Shown piece after piece: positions 50,501 through 63,079 of a stretch of DNA of 64,000 bases. The position numbers and the translations under genes were made by a program. The notes beneath the pieces were generated by a model. It did not search any database. It had not been told where the DNA came from and saw nothing but the letters and a program-made list of their open reading frames with translations. The stretch spans positions 383,868 to 447,867 of the forward strand of contig MCFH01000048.1 of NCBI GenBank assembly GCA_002104945.1. Reading direction: 5' to 3'. The stretch is from Piromyces finnis finn. Its lineage: Eukaryota > Fungi > Neocallimastigomycota. How positions within the stretch are numbered: the first letter of the stretch is position 1; every line of letters starts with the position of its first letter.

Positions 50501-52599
50501 TGTAACAAAACAATTTTATTAATTTTTATAAAAACAATTTCAAATTTTAATTCATATAACTTATATAGTTATAATTAAAGATATAATATAATAATCACTT
50601 TTTGAAGTAAAATTCAAAATTAAGATTATTATCAATTTATAACACATTTGATATATAATTAAATTTATATAATCATAAATTTAATAATTATATATTATAA
50701 TAATAATAATAGTATTAATAGTAAGTATTAAAACACAGATAGTTAAAAATTAAAATAATTAACATGTATAAAATTATTAAATTAAAAATTATAAATATGA
50801 ACTTTTAGTTTATTTTATTGTTTATTTATTTTTTAAATTAAATAGTTTATAATTATACTTTAAAATAATAATTTTGTATAAATAGTAATTAAAAATTTAA
50901 AACTGTTCCTAATAATCAGCCAAAATTAGATATATTATATTAAATTAAATGATTACTAATTATCCAAGAGAGAAAAATTAGATATTTATTTTAATAAAAC
51001 AATATTTTATAATACATACAAGATGTATAAATTTTTAATTATTTAATAATACTAGAGTTATTAAATAATATTATAGTTTTATAATTAAATATAATAAACT
51101 TTATATTTTAAAAGCTAACTATCACTTGTAAATAGACAAGTATAAAAATCATTTATTTTTTTTTCTTTATTTTTATTTATTAAATTTTAGATACAAATAT
51201 TATTATTATCTATATTCATTTATAGAATTGTAAAAATATTTTCTATGTATTACATTATGATATACTACTCACACAAAAATATAATAAAAACTAACTGAAT
51301 ATATACGATATGAAGGTATTAACTGGATATATAACAAATTCAGATAATATCTATAATGAATTAAACATAAGAACTATAATTAAATAATTTCAATAATTCT
51401 TAATGAAAATGACTATTACTAAAAATAGAGCTAAACTATTTAGGTGTAACAACTATCATACATAAATTAAATAATTTTAATTATATAGTAGTTTAACGAC
51501 AAGTTTTATTATTAAAAAATAATTTTTAGAATAATTATAACTAAATGTACATTGATCAAAAGTTCTCTTTCTACAAAGAATATGATTAACCAGTCTTCCA
51601 GCTCTAAATCTAACAAGAAAAAAAATTCACATTTCAACAACCACAAACCATTTATCAGCAACAATAATAACTCCCAAAAACATAATAATAATTATAATAA
51701 TAATAATTACAAAGCTCAAAAAATTAGTTCAAAAAACTAAATAACGAACTTTCAGTGGTACTTCAATTGAACTTGATGACCTAAACTTTCAGTCAAAACT
51801 ATTTATCAGTAATAAATTCTATTTCATTAATTTTAAGAAAAATTCTTATTAGCGGACTATATTCCGACAGATTTATTATTTGGAAATATATTCATGTCCA
51901 AATATGAAATTTATTATAACTATAATAAAAATTATTCAAATTCAAATTTAAAATATGATTTTAACAAAAAGAAATTTAATATGAAGCATGCTACTAAATT
52001 TTCAAATTTAGAATAATTCATTTCTCATAATAAAAATGATATGAATGTTACGCCTATTACTTCTTCAGGTGTAAAAAACTAAAAAAATAAAATAAAAATT
52101 ATTCCACCACTTTATATAATTTAAAAATAAAATTCATAAACTCTATTTCAAATCCAAAACCCATAGTAAGAAGAAAAATGATCGATCCCGTAAATTTAAA
52201 CTTAAACGTCCCAAAATTTCTAAGAAAGTTATATTCAATAAAAATAATTATGATACATATAATTATAGTTATTTAATTCATACCTTCTTATCCGAAAAGT
52301 CAGAAGAAGTAAGTAATTTAGAAGAATATATTATTGAGGATATTCCAGAATATACTATTTAATAAAATATTATATTATTCAAAAATATATCGGTTAATGT
52401 ATCAATTAAAAATATATGTAACTTTTTATTTTCTTGTTGTCTAGTAATTTATTTTTTTAATATAATCATTTATTACTTGAATAAAAATTGGTATAATATA
52501 TTCTAGCAATTTTAATTAAAGTAAGAAAGCCACTATTATACTAAAGTATAGTAATTGTATTCGACTTTTAATGGGATACCGAGTCAAAAATCAAATTTT

Positions 52600-53005
52600 T
52601 GTCATGGGATAAAATTATGATCTCCATTAGTTGCGCTGACCCTCATGGCCTGTCTTATAGTTTCTTCAGCATTGACGCTCTTAACTGTTGCTTCAAACCT
52701 TTTGAACATTGACCATTGCTAGCCAATAACATAAGACATTATTTTGGTTAGAAGTTCCGCTGTTACCGTCAAGAATGGTGTTCCTTCGTAAGTGCCCGAT
52801 TGAATCTGACACTTGCAAAGTTCTTTCCATTCCCTTGAATTGTAATTGATATTGTTAAAACTTCTTCTCCCAAGAAGGAATTTAAATATTTTAATGTATA
52901 CACTAGAATAATCATACACATTAATATTCTTGTGTATGATTAATAATGTGTATAATTATTAAAACTATTACTATTATTAATAATATATTAAAATTATTAT
53001 AAAAC

Positions 53006-53046
<41 letters not shown>

Positions 53047-54000
53047 TATATTATATTACTATTACTATTACTATTACTATTACTATTACTATTACTATTA
53101 CTATTACTATTACTATTACTATTACTATTACTATTACTATTACTATTACTATTACTATTACTATTACTATTACTATTACTATTACTATTACTATTACTAT
53201 TACTATTACTATTACTATTACTATTACTATTTATTACTATTACTATTACTATTACTATTACTATTACTATGATTATTATTGATAGGACTGTTGGAATTAC
53301 ATTGATTAAAAAATTTAATAATTTGGACTATGGATTTGTAATATTTAATATGGATATCTCTAAATGTTGGACAATCTAATAACCAATGCTTAATATTTTG
53401 ATAACCACTCTTGCAACATGGACAGTAGTTTGGTCAAACTGGATCAACAAAATTAGCAGACTTTGCAACTCTAGCATCCAACTTATATCCACTTCTTGCT
53501 TTCAATAGGCAAGTAGAAACCCAAGACAAACTTTGAGTACTCATAATATAATTTAATAAAATCTTTAGTTTCAATAAATTTATTATCATCATAATATTAC
53601 GCTTTGATTGAATTTCCTTTGAGATCTTTCCAATAAAAGTTTTTAACTGATTTAGCATCTCCATGCTTCTTTAATTTTTTATCAAGAGTCCTACATAATT
53701 TTCACCATGTATACCATGTATATTTTCTAAATTTAGGAATGTAATTGACAAGGTATGAAATAATATATTTTGAGTTTTTCTACTTGTTAAAACATCTAAT
53801 CTGAGCTAATGTGCATTTTGCTAACAATGAATGAATATTCAAATCTTTTGAAATAGAATATATAGATATAAACGATACAGCTTTATGAACACCAGCTATA
53901 ATTAGGAGAAAAGAGGAAAGCCAACTTAACTTCATCATTACTAATATCTTGGCTGGTATCTTATTCATCAAACATAAGGGTAATGGCAAAATTATTTCTT
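52600..54000 (-). pseudogene. 5'-truncated non-LTR (LINE-like) retrotransposon ORF2 C-terminus
   Basis: LLKARSGYKL followed, through a stop, by CPCCKSGYQNIKHWLLDC, a CX2CX8HX4C motif typical of LINE ORF2 ends. Contains an expanded microsatellite. Confidence 0.6.
53005..53272. repeat. Compound microsatellite (TAT)n-(TACTAT)n
   Basis: Directly visible; would encode NSNSNS.../NNN on the minus strand. Confidence 0.97.
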
Positions 54001-54051
54001 TAATAAAATAAAATTATTACTTTGATAAAAAAAAAATAAAAATTAAAATTA

Positions 54052-54123
54052 AGGGGCGTTCCGGATTTGAACCGAAGACCTATTGATCTGCAGTCAATTG
54101 CTCTACCGCTGAGCTAACACCCC
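54052..54123 (-). tRNA. tRNA-Cys (anticodon GCA), intronless
   Basis: GGGGTGT-TA-GCTC-AGCGGTA-GAGC-A-ATTGA-CTGCAGA-TCAAT-AGGTC-TTCGG-TTCAAAT-CCGGA-ACGCCCC-T forms a cloverleaf with U73 discriminator. T-runs follow downstream. Confidence 0.97.
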
Positions 54124-54752
54124 ATTTTTGTTGTTTGTCACAATAACATATATAAAAATTTAAAAAATTTGGACACATGGAAAAAATTAAAAATTTTTTT
54201 AAAATTTGAAAATTTGAAAATTTGAAAAAATTTATTTTTTAAATTTTTATTAAAAAATTTCAAAGTATAAAATTTCTAATATTTGAAATTATTAAATTTT
54301 TAAAATTATTAAAATTTTATTATTAAAAATTTTATTTTAAATTTATTAACTATTTACAATAATTATATTAATTATTAATTTATAAAAATTAAATATTTTA
54401 TAATTAGACAATAATTAATTAAAATTAAAAAATGTAATAATTAAAATTGTTCATGTATAAAAAGAACAAAAATTGACAAAAATTACGAAGCTTTAGCGTT
54501 AGTAATTTTTTAACTTAAAGTTAATAAAATTTATAAACTCCTATAAAACCTAAAACTTTAAAAATTTTAATATTTTTAATAACTTAATATATGCTGATAT
54601 TAAGTTATTGCTAAAATAAAAATATTATTTAAATTTCTTTATATAAATATTATTAGCTTTACGCCTTCAATAGGAAAGCGTATTATATTTATTAATTAAT
54701 ATAACTAGTGTGCTTACCACACTTTTCTTTAATAAAAAATCGCTTTTTGACA

Positions 54753-54763
54753 TTACTAACGCT
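54753..54763 (+). promoter_or_regulatory. Self-priming PBS
   Basis: TTACTAACGCT is the exact reverse complement of AGCGTTAGTAA at 54495-54505 in the 5' LTR. Confidence 0.85.
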
Positions 54764-54833
54764 TATTATAAAAGTGCGCTAAGCACCAATTAGTTAGTAA
54801 TTATTAATAACTAAATATAATAATTAAAGTTTA

Positions 54834-57800
54834 ATGGAAAAATCTCCACTTACACCTATTAAAGTGGATACAAAAGAATTTTTTAACCGCCTACAAACTA
54901 CCAAGAGAGAACGTTCCCCAGGAAATACTCCCGTAAGAAAATCAAAGATGCCTAATCATTCCGGACAAACTAATGCTTCTACGAGTAATCCTACTCAGAA
55001 GCCAACTACTAATGAGGATCTCAAGGCCCTCATTGAGTCTTTAACTGCTACCTTAACTGGGAATATCAATCAGTTAAAGGTTGATATTCAAGCTACCAGA
55101 AGGGAAAACGAAAGTCTCAATGATCGTTTGACTGTTTTGGAAAACTCTACTCAAGTTATTATGGGTAAGATGACTACCTTAGAAGTCAACGATGCTAGGA
55201 AAGACAATCAACTCGCTGATATCAAAGCTCATATCAGCAAAGCTACTCAAAGAGTTGATGAGTTGTCTACTCCCGTTACTCCTTCTGCTGCTACTCCTCA
55301 CGAACCTGACGGTGACGTCATCATGGGAGATGCTTCGCCTCCAAACGTCGCTGAAAAAATGCTTTCTTACTCAGGAGAAAGTATTCAACTACGCAGATTC
55401 ATCCGTCGATGCGAACACCACTTCTTAAGACACATCAAGTTCTATGGAAACAATGAAGCTATGAAAGTAAACTTCATTGAAGATTGTCTTACTGGTGATG
55501 CTGCAGATTGGTACGATGTTGAACAAGCAGACTTCCAGGAATCTCATCCGAATAGAAAGGTTCTTTACGAAGCTTTGAGTAAGAGATTCCTTAACCCGAA
55601 GGATATCAACATCACCAAAATCGACCTGATGAAGCTCAGACATAGTTGGGGAAAAGCTTCCGAATACTTAGGAAAATTCTCCCAATATGTCAAATTAATT
55701 GGATGTTCCGAAGACATTCAATTAACCATCATGCTTTTCCAAGTTAGACCTACCGTGAACCACGCCTTTAGTAAATTAACTTCGGATAGACAGACGTTAG
55801 AAGAACTGAAGAATCTTCTAATCAAATATGATGCTTCCAAGGATACTTATTACGATGATACTTTGGAAAGACAAGCTAACTACAAGGACAAAGAGCCCTT
55901 AATAGCTAATTTATTAGGTATTCATGGCAGTCTTTATTCCAAGAACCCTAACAAGACTAACAATCGTAATAACAACCAAAGGAATAACAATAACAACAAC
56001 CGCCCGTCTAACCAAAAAGGAAAAGGCTCCAGTAACTTGGATAGCAAGTCTAGTACCCAAAATCCCAATAAAAGTACTAAACCTAATAATGGTACTTCAT
56101 ACTCCAGCTATCTCTGTGAAGTAGAAGAGCAAGATATCTTAGAGCTACCAAATCCTGATCCGGAGAAGTATCCCATCGTGAAGACTAGTGTAAAAACTTC
56201 TAAAGGATCTAGACAGGTTATCACTTCGTCTCTCTTAGATTCCGGCTCTACTACCAATGTAATCCATATGGATTTAGTGAAGAAACTAGGAATTAAGACC
56301 ATACCAGCTGATACTGTTGTAAAGGTCATGGGAGGTAATGTCCTAATGCATTACATCACAGAAGAGTTCAACATTGTAATGAACTTATCTTCTTTAGGAG
56401 GAACCCGAGAAGAGGTTCGTCAATACAAACTTCGATGCCACGTAGCTGATCAGCTTCCTTCTTCGATTCTCCTAGGTTCTAAGTTCATGAAAACCAACTT
56501 CTTCTGTATCTTAACACAACCTGACCATTCCTTTACAGTTAAAATTGGTCCTGTTCCTTTCTCCAACCATAATGGATCTGAGATTAAATCTCCTAACTTT
56601 AGGAATGATTTGAAGAAATCTACACCTCTTCATGAAGTTATGTTTATCACAGAACTCGAAGACTCAAATCTGGATAAATCAACTTCCATTCCAACAGAAA
56701 CAGTCTTCATAGCCGATGATCAGAATCCTGAACTAGTAGAATCTATCAACGGTATACCTTTGGAATATGAAGATTTATATGAAGCCTTCAATGAAGAACG
56801 AGCCGATGAACTTCCTGAACATCGTGTATATGATTGTTCTATCGATTTGAAACCTAATGCTTCATTATTTTATGGGCCAATTTATCCAACTACTCCTACT
56901 GAACGTCAATTTATTAAGGAGTATATTGAAGAAAACTTGAATAAAGGATTCATTAGAAAATCCCGATCTCCTGCTGGACATCCAGTTCTACTCCAAGATA
57001 AGAAGGATGGTAGTCTCAGATTTTGCGTTGACTATCGCAAGCTCAACGACCAAACTATCAAGAATGCCTATCCGCTACCTTTAATCCTATCAGTCTTTGA
57101 ATCAATGAAAGGTGCTAACTATTTCACTAAGTTAGACCTCAAGTCAGCTTATAATTTAATTAGGATTAAAGAAGGTGACGAGTACAAGACTGCATTCAGG
57201 ACGGCATTTGGTCACTTTGAGTACTTAGTAATGCCTTTTGGACTAACTAATGCTCCTGCAGTTTTCCAAGCTTTCATTAATGATATCTTTAGTGATCAAA
57301 TTAATAAGTACGTTCAAGTGTACTTGGATGATATCATTATCTACTCCAAGACCCTTGAAGAACATGTTCAACATGTTAGAAATGTTCTTCAATTAATCAT
57401 TGAAAACAACTTAGTTGCGAAACTCAAAAAATGTGAGTTTCACAAAGCTGAAATCGAATTTTTGGGTCACGTAATCAGTAAGGAGGGAATCAAAACTGAT
57501 CCTCACAAAATTGAAGCAGTTAAGAACTGGCCTATCCCCACTACTGTGAAAGAAGTTCAGTCCTTCTTAGGGTTATGCAATTACTACCGTCGCTTTATCT
57601 CTAACTTTTCTAAAATTGCAAAACCATTATACAACTTAACTAAGAAAGGCGTCACTTTCATATGGACAGACGAGTGTAATAGAGCATTTAATCAACTTAA
57701 AGAATTTCTTACTTCAGCTCCAGTTTTACTTTGTCCTGATCACGATAAACCATTCATAGTTGAATGTGACGCAAGTGACTTTGCTATCGGGGGAGTACTT

Positions 57801-59717
57801 TCACAAAAAGGTGATGATGGAGACCTGCATCCAGTTTATTACTTTTCTAAAACCCTTCATGATGCAGAACTTAATTACTCTATCACCGAAAAGGAACTCT
57901 TAGCAATTCGTCAAGCTTTTATCGAATGGCGTCACTTACTTCAAGGTGCAAAATATCCTATTACCGTTTATTCAGACCATCGAAACTTGCTTTTTGCTAC
58001 CAAACCGCAACTTCTATCCCAAAGGCAAGCTCGTTGGCAAGAATACTTTGCTACCTTTGATTTCAAGATTATCTATCGACCAGGAAAGAAAAATGGTAAA
58101 GCTGATGCTCTCTCTCGTAGATCCGACCATATGCTCACAATTGGTGAGGATATAAGTGAATCGTCCTTACTTAAACCAACTCAATTAGAAGGATTCAACG
58201 AAGATGAATGCTACTTCTCTATGGAAACTAGCTTCATTGACGACATTAAGCAGTGCTACCTTCAAGATGAAACCGCTTGTCAGATTCTTAAGGATCTTGA
58301 AGTTCCAAATAGTGATCATCCTTGGATTCTTCAAGATGGCCTTTTAATAAGAACCAAACATCCGGAGCAAGTATATGTTCCAAGTCAACTAAGACTCTTA
58401 GTTATTAAGCTCAACCATGATGCACCCACTGCCGGTCACTTGGGAGTCGATAAGACTTATGACATTCTTAGACGTAATTTCTATTGGGTTAATATGTGTC
58501 AAGATGTCGAGTCTTATATTCGAAGCTGTAGTGTATGCAAGGCAATGAAAGCCGATCACCATGCTCCTTATGGTAATATGATCCGTGTCCCTCTTCCGGA
58601 ACTTCCATGGCAACACCTACAAATGGACTTTATCACGGACTTACCATCAAGACCTTGTAACTCTACCTTACCATTCGACTCTACCAATCCGAACCACCAT
58701 CAAGGTACCATAATGGTTACTACTTGCTACTTAACTAAGATGATACACTTAGTTGGGTTCAAACATTTACCCACTGCTAAGGAAACTGTTACTGCTTTTC
58801 TTAACCATATTTTCAAACTGCACGGATTCCCCTTATCTATTGTTACAGACCGTGGTACTCAGTTCGAAAGTCGTCTTTGGTCCCACTTGATGGAATTCTT
58901 TAATATCGATCACCACTCTGCTACTACTGGCCATCACCGCACTGTTGGACAAGTAGAACGTAACAACGACTACGTTGAAACTTATCTTCGTTGCTACTTA
59001 GCTCAATTTGATGATCTCAGTTGGATGGATCATTTGTACTTAGCTGAATTTTGCTACAACAATTCCATCCATGCTTCCACCAAGCAACCACCATTTCTCT
59101 CCGTTTATAATTATCAAGTTCACGCAAATCCACAAGTTGCAGACCTTGTTTCTTCTTTAGGACTTCATCCCCTCATCGATAGCTTCTCCCATAATTTAGC
59201 TGACCTTAAGCATACTCTCGAAGTCAGTCGTACCCGTTATCTCGATGAAAAGGATAAGCACCTTTATCACAACTTTAAGCGCTTCAAGGTCCACGATCTT
59301 GTTTGGCTTCGCAAACCCGCTAATTATCATCCTCCATTAGCGTTCAAGCTCCAAACCCGCAAGTATGGTCCATACAAGGTCACTGGTGTCGATGAATCTA
59401 AGCTCAACTACCGCCTTGATTTATCTACCTCACCTTTCCCTCGTGTCTACCCCGTATTCCACATCAGTGAACTCGAACCATATCATCCCACTCCTCACCA
59501 TCTATTGCTCAACCATCCCAACTCCAATGAAATCACCAAGATCCTTAGTTCTCGTAAATCGGGTCATTTTTACGAGTACTTAGTCACTTTTACTGACTTA
59601 TCTCAACGTTGGATCAATGCTGACACCATTGATAAGGATGACTACTACAGCACCCTTTTAGCTGATTACCAATGTCGCGCTTACCAACAATTCACCAATT
59701 CCGTCCCAGATTCTTAA
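54834..59717 (+). CDS. pol: Gag-Pol polyprotein, 1627 aa (gag, PR, RT, RNase H, integrase, chromodomain)
   Basis: PR LLDSGST, RT YLDD, RNase H CDAS/DHRNL, integrase HHCC (H..GH..CSVC) and DDE core, GPY motif RKYGPYKV, C-terminal chromodomain-like EITKILSSR...YEYLVTF...RWI. Confidence 0.97.
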   Translation: MEKSPLTPIKVDTKEFFNRLQTTKRERSPGNTPVRKSKMPNHSGQTNASTSNPTQKPTTNEDLKALIESLTATLTGNINQLKVDIQATRRENESLNDRLTVLENSTQVIMGKMTTLEVNDARKDNQLADIKAHISKATQRVDELSTPVTPSAATPHEPDGDVIMGDASPPNVAEKMLSYSGESIQLRRFIRRCEHHFLRHIKFYGNNEAMKVNFIEDCLTGDAADWYDVEQADFQESHPNRKVLYEALSKRFLNPKDINITKIDLMKLRHSWGKASEYLGKFSQYVKLIGCSEDIQLTIMLFQVRPTVNHAFSKLTSDRQTLEELKNLLIKYDASKDTYYDDTLERQANYKDKEPLIANLLGIHGSLYSKNPNKTNNRNNNQRNNNNNNRPSNQKGKGSSNLDSKSSTQNPNKSTKPNNGTSYSSYLCEVEEQDILELPNPDPEKYPIVKTSVKTSKGSRQVITSSLLDSGSTTNVIHMDLVKKLGIKTIPADTVVKVMGGNVLMHYITEEFNIVMNLSSLGGTREEVRQYKLRCHVADQLPSSILLGSKFMKTNFFCILTQPDHSFTVKIGPVPFSNHNGSEIKSPNFRNDLKKSTPLHEVMFITELEDSNLDKSTSIPTETVFIADDQNPELVESINGIPLEYEDLYEAFNEERADELPEHRVYDCSIDLKPNASLFYGPIYPTTPTERQFIKEYIEENLNKGFIRKSRSPAGHPVLLQDKKDGSLRFCVDYRKLNDQTIKNAYPLPLILSVFESMKGANYFTKLDLKSAYNLIRIKEGDEYKTAFRTAFGHFEYLVMPFGLTNAPAVFQAFINDIFSDQINKYVQVYLDDIIIYSKTLEEHVQHVRNVLQLIIENNLVAKLKKCEFHKAEIEFLGHVISKEGIKTDPHKIEAVKNWPIPTTVKEVQSFLGLCNYYRRFISNFSKIAKPLYNLTKKGVTFIWTDECNRAFNQLKEFLTSAPVLLCPDHDKPFIVECDASDFAIGGVLSQKGDDGDLHPVYYFSKTLHDAELNYSITEKELLAIRQAFIEWRHLLQGAKYPITVYSDHRNLLFATKPQLLSQRQARWQEYFATFDFKIIYRPGKKNGKADALSRRSDHMLTIGEDISESSLLKPTQLEGFNEDECYFSMETSFIDDIKQCYLQDETACQILKDLEVPNSDHPWILQDGLLIRTKHPEQVYVPSQLRLLVIKLNHDAPTAGHLGVDKTYDILRRNFYWVNMCQDVESYIRSCSVCKAMKADHHAPYGNMIRVPLPELPWQHLQMDFITDLPSRPCNSTLPFDSTNPNHHQGTIMVTTCYLTKMIHLVGFKHLPTAKETVTAFLNHIFKLHGFPLSIVTDRGTQFESRLWSHLMEFFNIDHHSATTGHHRTVGQVERNNDYVETYLRCYLAQFDDLSWMDHLYLAEFCYNNSIHASTKQPPFLSVYNYQVHANPQVADLVSSLGLHPLIDSFSHNLADLKHTLEVSRTRYLDEKDKHLYHNFKRFKVHDLVWLRKPANYHPPLAFKLQTRKYGPYKVTGVDESKLNYRLDLSTSPFPRVYPVFHISELEPYHPTPHHLLLNHPNSNEITKILSSRKSGHFYEYLVTFTDLSQRWINADTIDKDDYYSTLLADYQCRAYQQFTNSVPDS

Positions 59718-60829
59718 TCTGGACCCAACTTATTAGTACCCCACCTACTAGTGTCTACCACCCTTACTCCTTCACTACCCACCAATCGCCACTATCCCAC
59801 CTACTACCCACAACTCCGCTACCCACTAGTCGCCACCACTACAACTACCAACCACTATTCCGCTACCCAACCACCCTCTTTCGCCTTTGCCCTCAACCCT
59901 CAAATTTCGCAACCTTTTCCGCACCCCAAAATCCGCTTCCCCTCGAGTCATATCATTTCCCTAACCTTCACGTGTAGTCTCCATTTCTGAAGAATCCACG
60001 TGATACCCTCTCAACTTTTCTTGAACACTTTTACACTTCACTTTTTCAACACTTAGATTTTTTTTTCAAAAATTGAGAATTTCCATTTTTTGAAAATTCT
60101 CAAAATTTTTCTAAGTGTCGTGGAAGTGTCCATGTCCAAATTATTATGACGTGCCAGTGTCCATAATTTTTTGGGTCGTCCGGCGAAACGACCCTTAGGA
60201 CGGGCAGTGTCACAATAACATATATAAAAATTTAAAAAATTTGGACACATGGAAAAAATTAAAAATTTTTTTAAAATTTGAAAATTTGAAAATTTGAAAA
60301 AATTTATTTTTTAAATTTTTATTAAAAAATTTCAAAGTATAAAATTTCTAATATTTGAAATTATTAAATTTTTAAAATTATTAAAATTTTATTATTAAAA
60401 ATTTTATTTTAAATTTATTAACTATTTACAATAATTATATTAATTATTAATTTATAAAAATTAAATATTTTATAATTAGACAATAATTAATTAAAATTAA
60501 AAAATGTAATAATTAAAATTGTTCATGTATAAAAAGAACAAAAATTGACAAAAATTACGAAGCTTTAGCGTTAGTAATTTTTTAACTTAAAGTTAATAAA
60601 ATTTATAAACTCCTATAAAACCTAAAACTTTAAAAATTTTAATATTTTTAATAACTTAATATATGCTGATATTAAGTTATTGCTAAAATAAAAATATTAT
60701 TTAAATTTCTTTATATAAATATTATTAGCTTTACGCCTTCAATAGGAAAGCGTATTATATTTATTAATTAATATAACTAGTGTGCTTACCACACTTTTCT
60801 TTAATAAAAAATCGCTTTTTGACATTGTT

Positions 60830-63031
60830 TTTGATAAATAATGAAATTAATAAATATAAAATTATTATTAAATCTGATTTTTAAGTTAACCCTAAAAGTA
60901 ACTTAAAATAAGTTATAGTTTAATTAAGTACTTTACCAAAATTCTTAAATAAAATTAATCCTAAACACTGCATATGTTTTGATTATTGAAAGAAAATAAT
61001 AAACTTTAATTAATCGAGATCAAAATATATAACTTTTGTTAAATTAATTGTTAAATTAAATATTTAATAACTTCGTTAGTAAATTACACTTTAAAAGTAA
61101 ACAAATATAATAATTCATGTTATAAAATAATATAATTAAACACCTTTATTAAAACATTAAAAATAATTATTACAAAAGATATAATATAATAATCACTTTT
61201 TGAAGTAAAATTCAAAATTAAGATTATTATCAAATTATATCATTTTTGTATAATAATTCCACTATAAATTATTATATAATAGAATTATTAACTACAATGT
61301 CAAGAATAGAAGACGATTAAAAAATAAATTAAATATTCAAATAAACAATTTTAAAATCAAATTTATATTTCAAAAATTATAAAACACTTTTAAAAAATAA
61401 TTGAAAGATCACTTGAAAAAATTTAATATTGAAAAGGGTTAAGGATCACAAAAATTTATTTTTCAATAAATTAACCCTTGAGAAGAAAATGCACTATACG
61501 AAACTAGTGATAACTTCTGAATCTCGTGTCCTATTTTCCTTTTCTAGAGACTTCAAATCAACTTTATTAGAAAGTACTAGTTGAGATCTATATTCTCACA
61601 AATTTTCAGCTAATTTAGACCACTAGTTCTTGAGATATAGCTATTTAAAGATTTAATTAGTTCCAATAAATATATATTAAAATGATTAATATTAATTTAT
61701 ATAATTAAAGTCATTATTCAAGTCATCCAACTTTCTATAAATATTTCAATTTAAAAATTCTCCATTATTATTAAATAAGGTTAGATAATAAATATTCTTA
61801 ATTACAAACCTAATCAATTATAAAAATTAATAATTTTTCAAAATTTATATTTTATTTATGGTGTTTTTGAAATATATTGCATCATTTATGATACGCTACT
61901 TACATAAAAACATAATAAAAACTAACTGAATAAGCACGATGTGAAGATATTAATTGAATTTAAAATAAATTCAGATAATATCTATAATTAATTAAATATA
62001 AAAATTATAATTAAATAACTTCAATAATTATTTTAAAACACCTTTAAAAGTCACCCCTTTTGATATTTGATTGAGTGTAAGGTTATGACTTCAAAAATTT
62101 AATATCAATACACTATAACCCTTAGCCAAAAATAAATAAATACAAAACAAGGCTTAACTCGCCAAAAACGAGCTACGGCTGTAAGTACTACGGCTTTAAG
62201 GTTAGATTTATTAGAAGGCTTAAAGGAAAAGCTACATTTTGGTCCTTCTAACTGGTCATTTAAGTAAGATATGATCATTTAAAAATTTTAAGAGATAAAT
62301 TAAAATCAGTATGATATCAAGTATGGATCATAAACACTTGACTAAAACTAAAAATATCAATAGGAATTTTAGTTATATTAATTTAATTAATGATAATGAA
62401 ACAGTTAACACCTATAAATTGAATAATTTTAATTCTTATAAAATATGGATCAAATGTTTAAATGATTAATCATATGCTTATTTTATTTTTTTGTCATAAC
62501 AAACAAACAAAAAATCTTATTACTTATTTAAGTATATTATTATTAATATACTACATGTAATACTTTATTCTTATTACTATCAATTGACTAATCTGAACAA
62601 AGAATATAAAATAGAATGAATTGAATTCGATTTTATAAAATTATGGTCTCCATTGGTTGCGCTTGCCCTCTTGGTCTGTCTTACTGTTTCTTCAGCATTG
62701 ACGCTCTTAACTGTTGCTTCAAACCTTTTGAACATTGACCATTGCTAGCCAATAACATAAGACATTATTTTGGTTAGAAGTTCCGCTGTTACCGTCAAGA
62801 ATGGTGTTCCTTCGTAAGTGCCCGATTGAATTTGACACTTGCAAAGTTCTTTCCATTCCCTTGAATTGAAATTGATATTGTTAAAGTTTCTTCTCCCAAG
62901 AAGGAATTTAAATATTTTATTGCATACATTAAAATAATTATACACATTAATATTCATGTGTATAATTAATAATATGTATAATTATTAGAACTATTACTAT
63001 TATTAATAATATATTAAAATTATTATAAAAC

Positions 63032-63079
<48 letters not shown>

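Larger units (their letters stand above)
54136..60824 (+). mobile_element. Intact chromovirus (Tf1/sushi-like Ty3/gypsy) LTR retrotransposon
   Basis: 617-bp LTRs 54136-54752 and 60208-60824 (TGTCA...TGACA; no differences seen by eye), TSD TTGTT, PPT AGGACGGGCAG at 60197-60207, single intact ORF. Confidence 0.97.

Noticed and set aside
51552-51740. Asn-rich ORF and other short shadow ORFs (e.g. 29966, 45108, 60053 and antisense ORFs within pol genes)
   Set aside because: Low-complexity or by-products of repeats and of real genes on the other strand; no independent evidence.
52600-54123. tRNA-headed SINE (tRNA-Cys plus LINE tail)
   Set aside because: The tRNA is perfect and is followed by several T-runs that would terminate Pol III before the LINE-like part.
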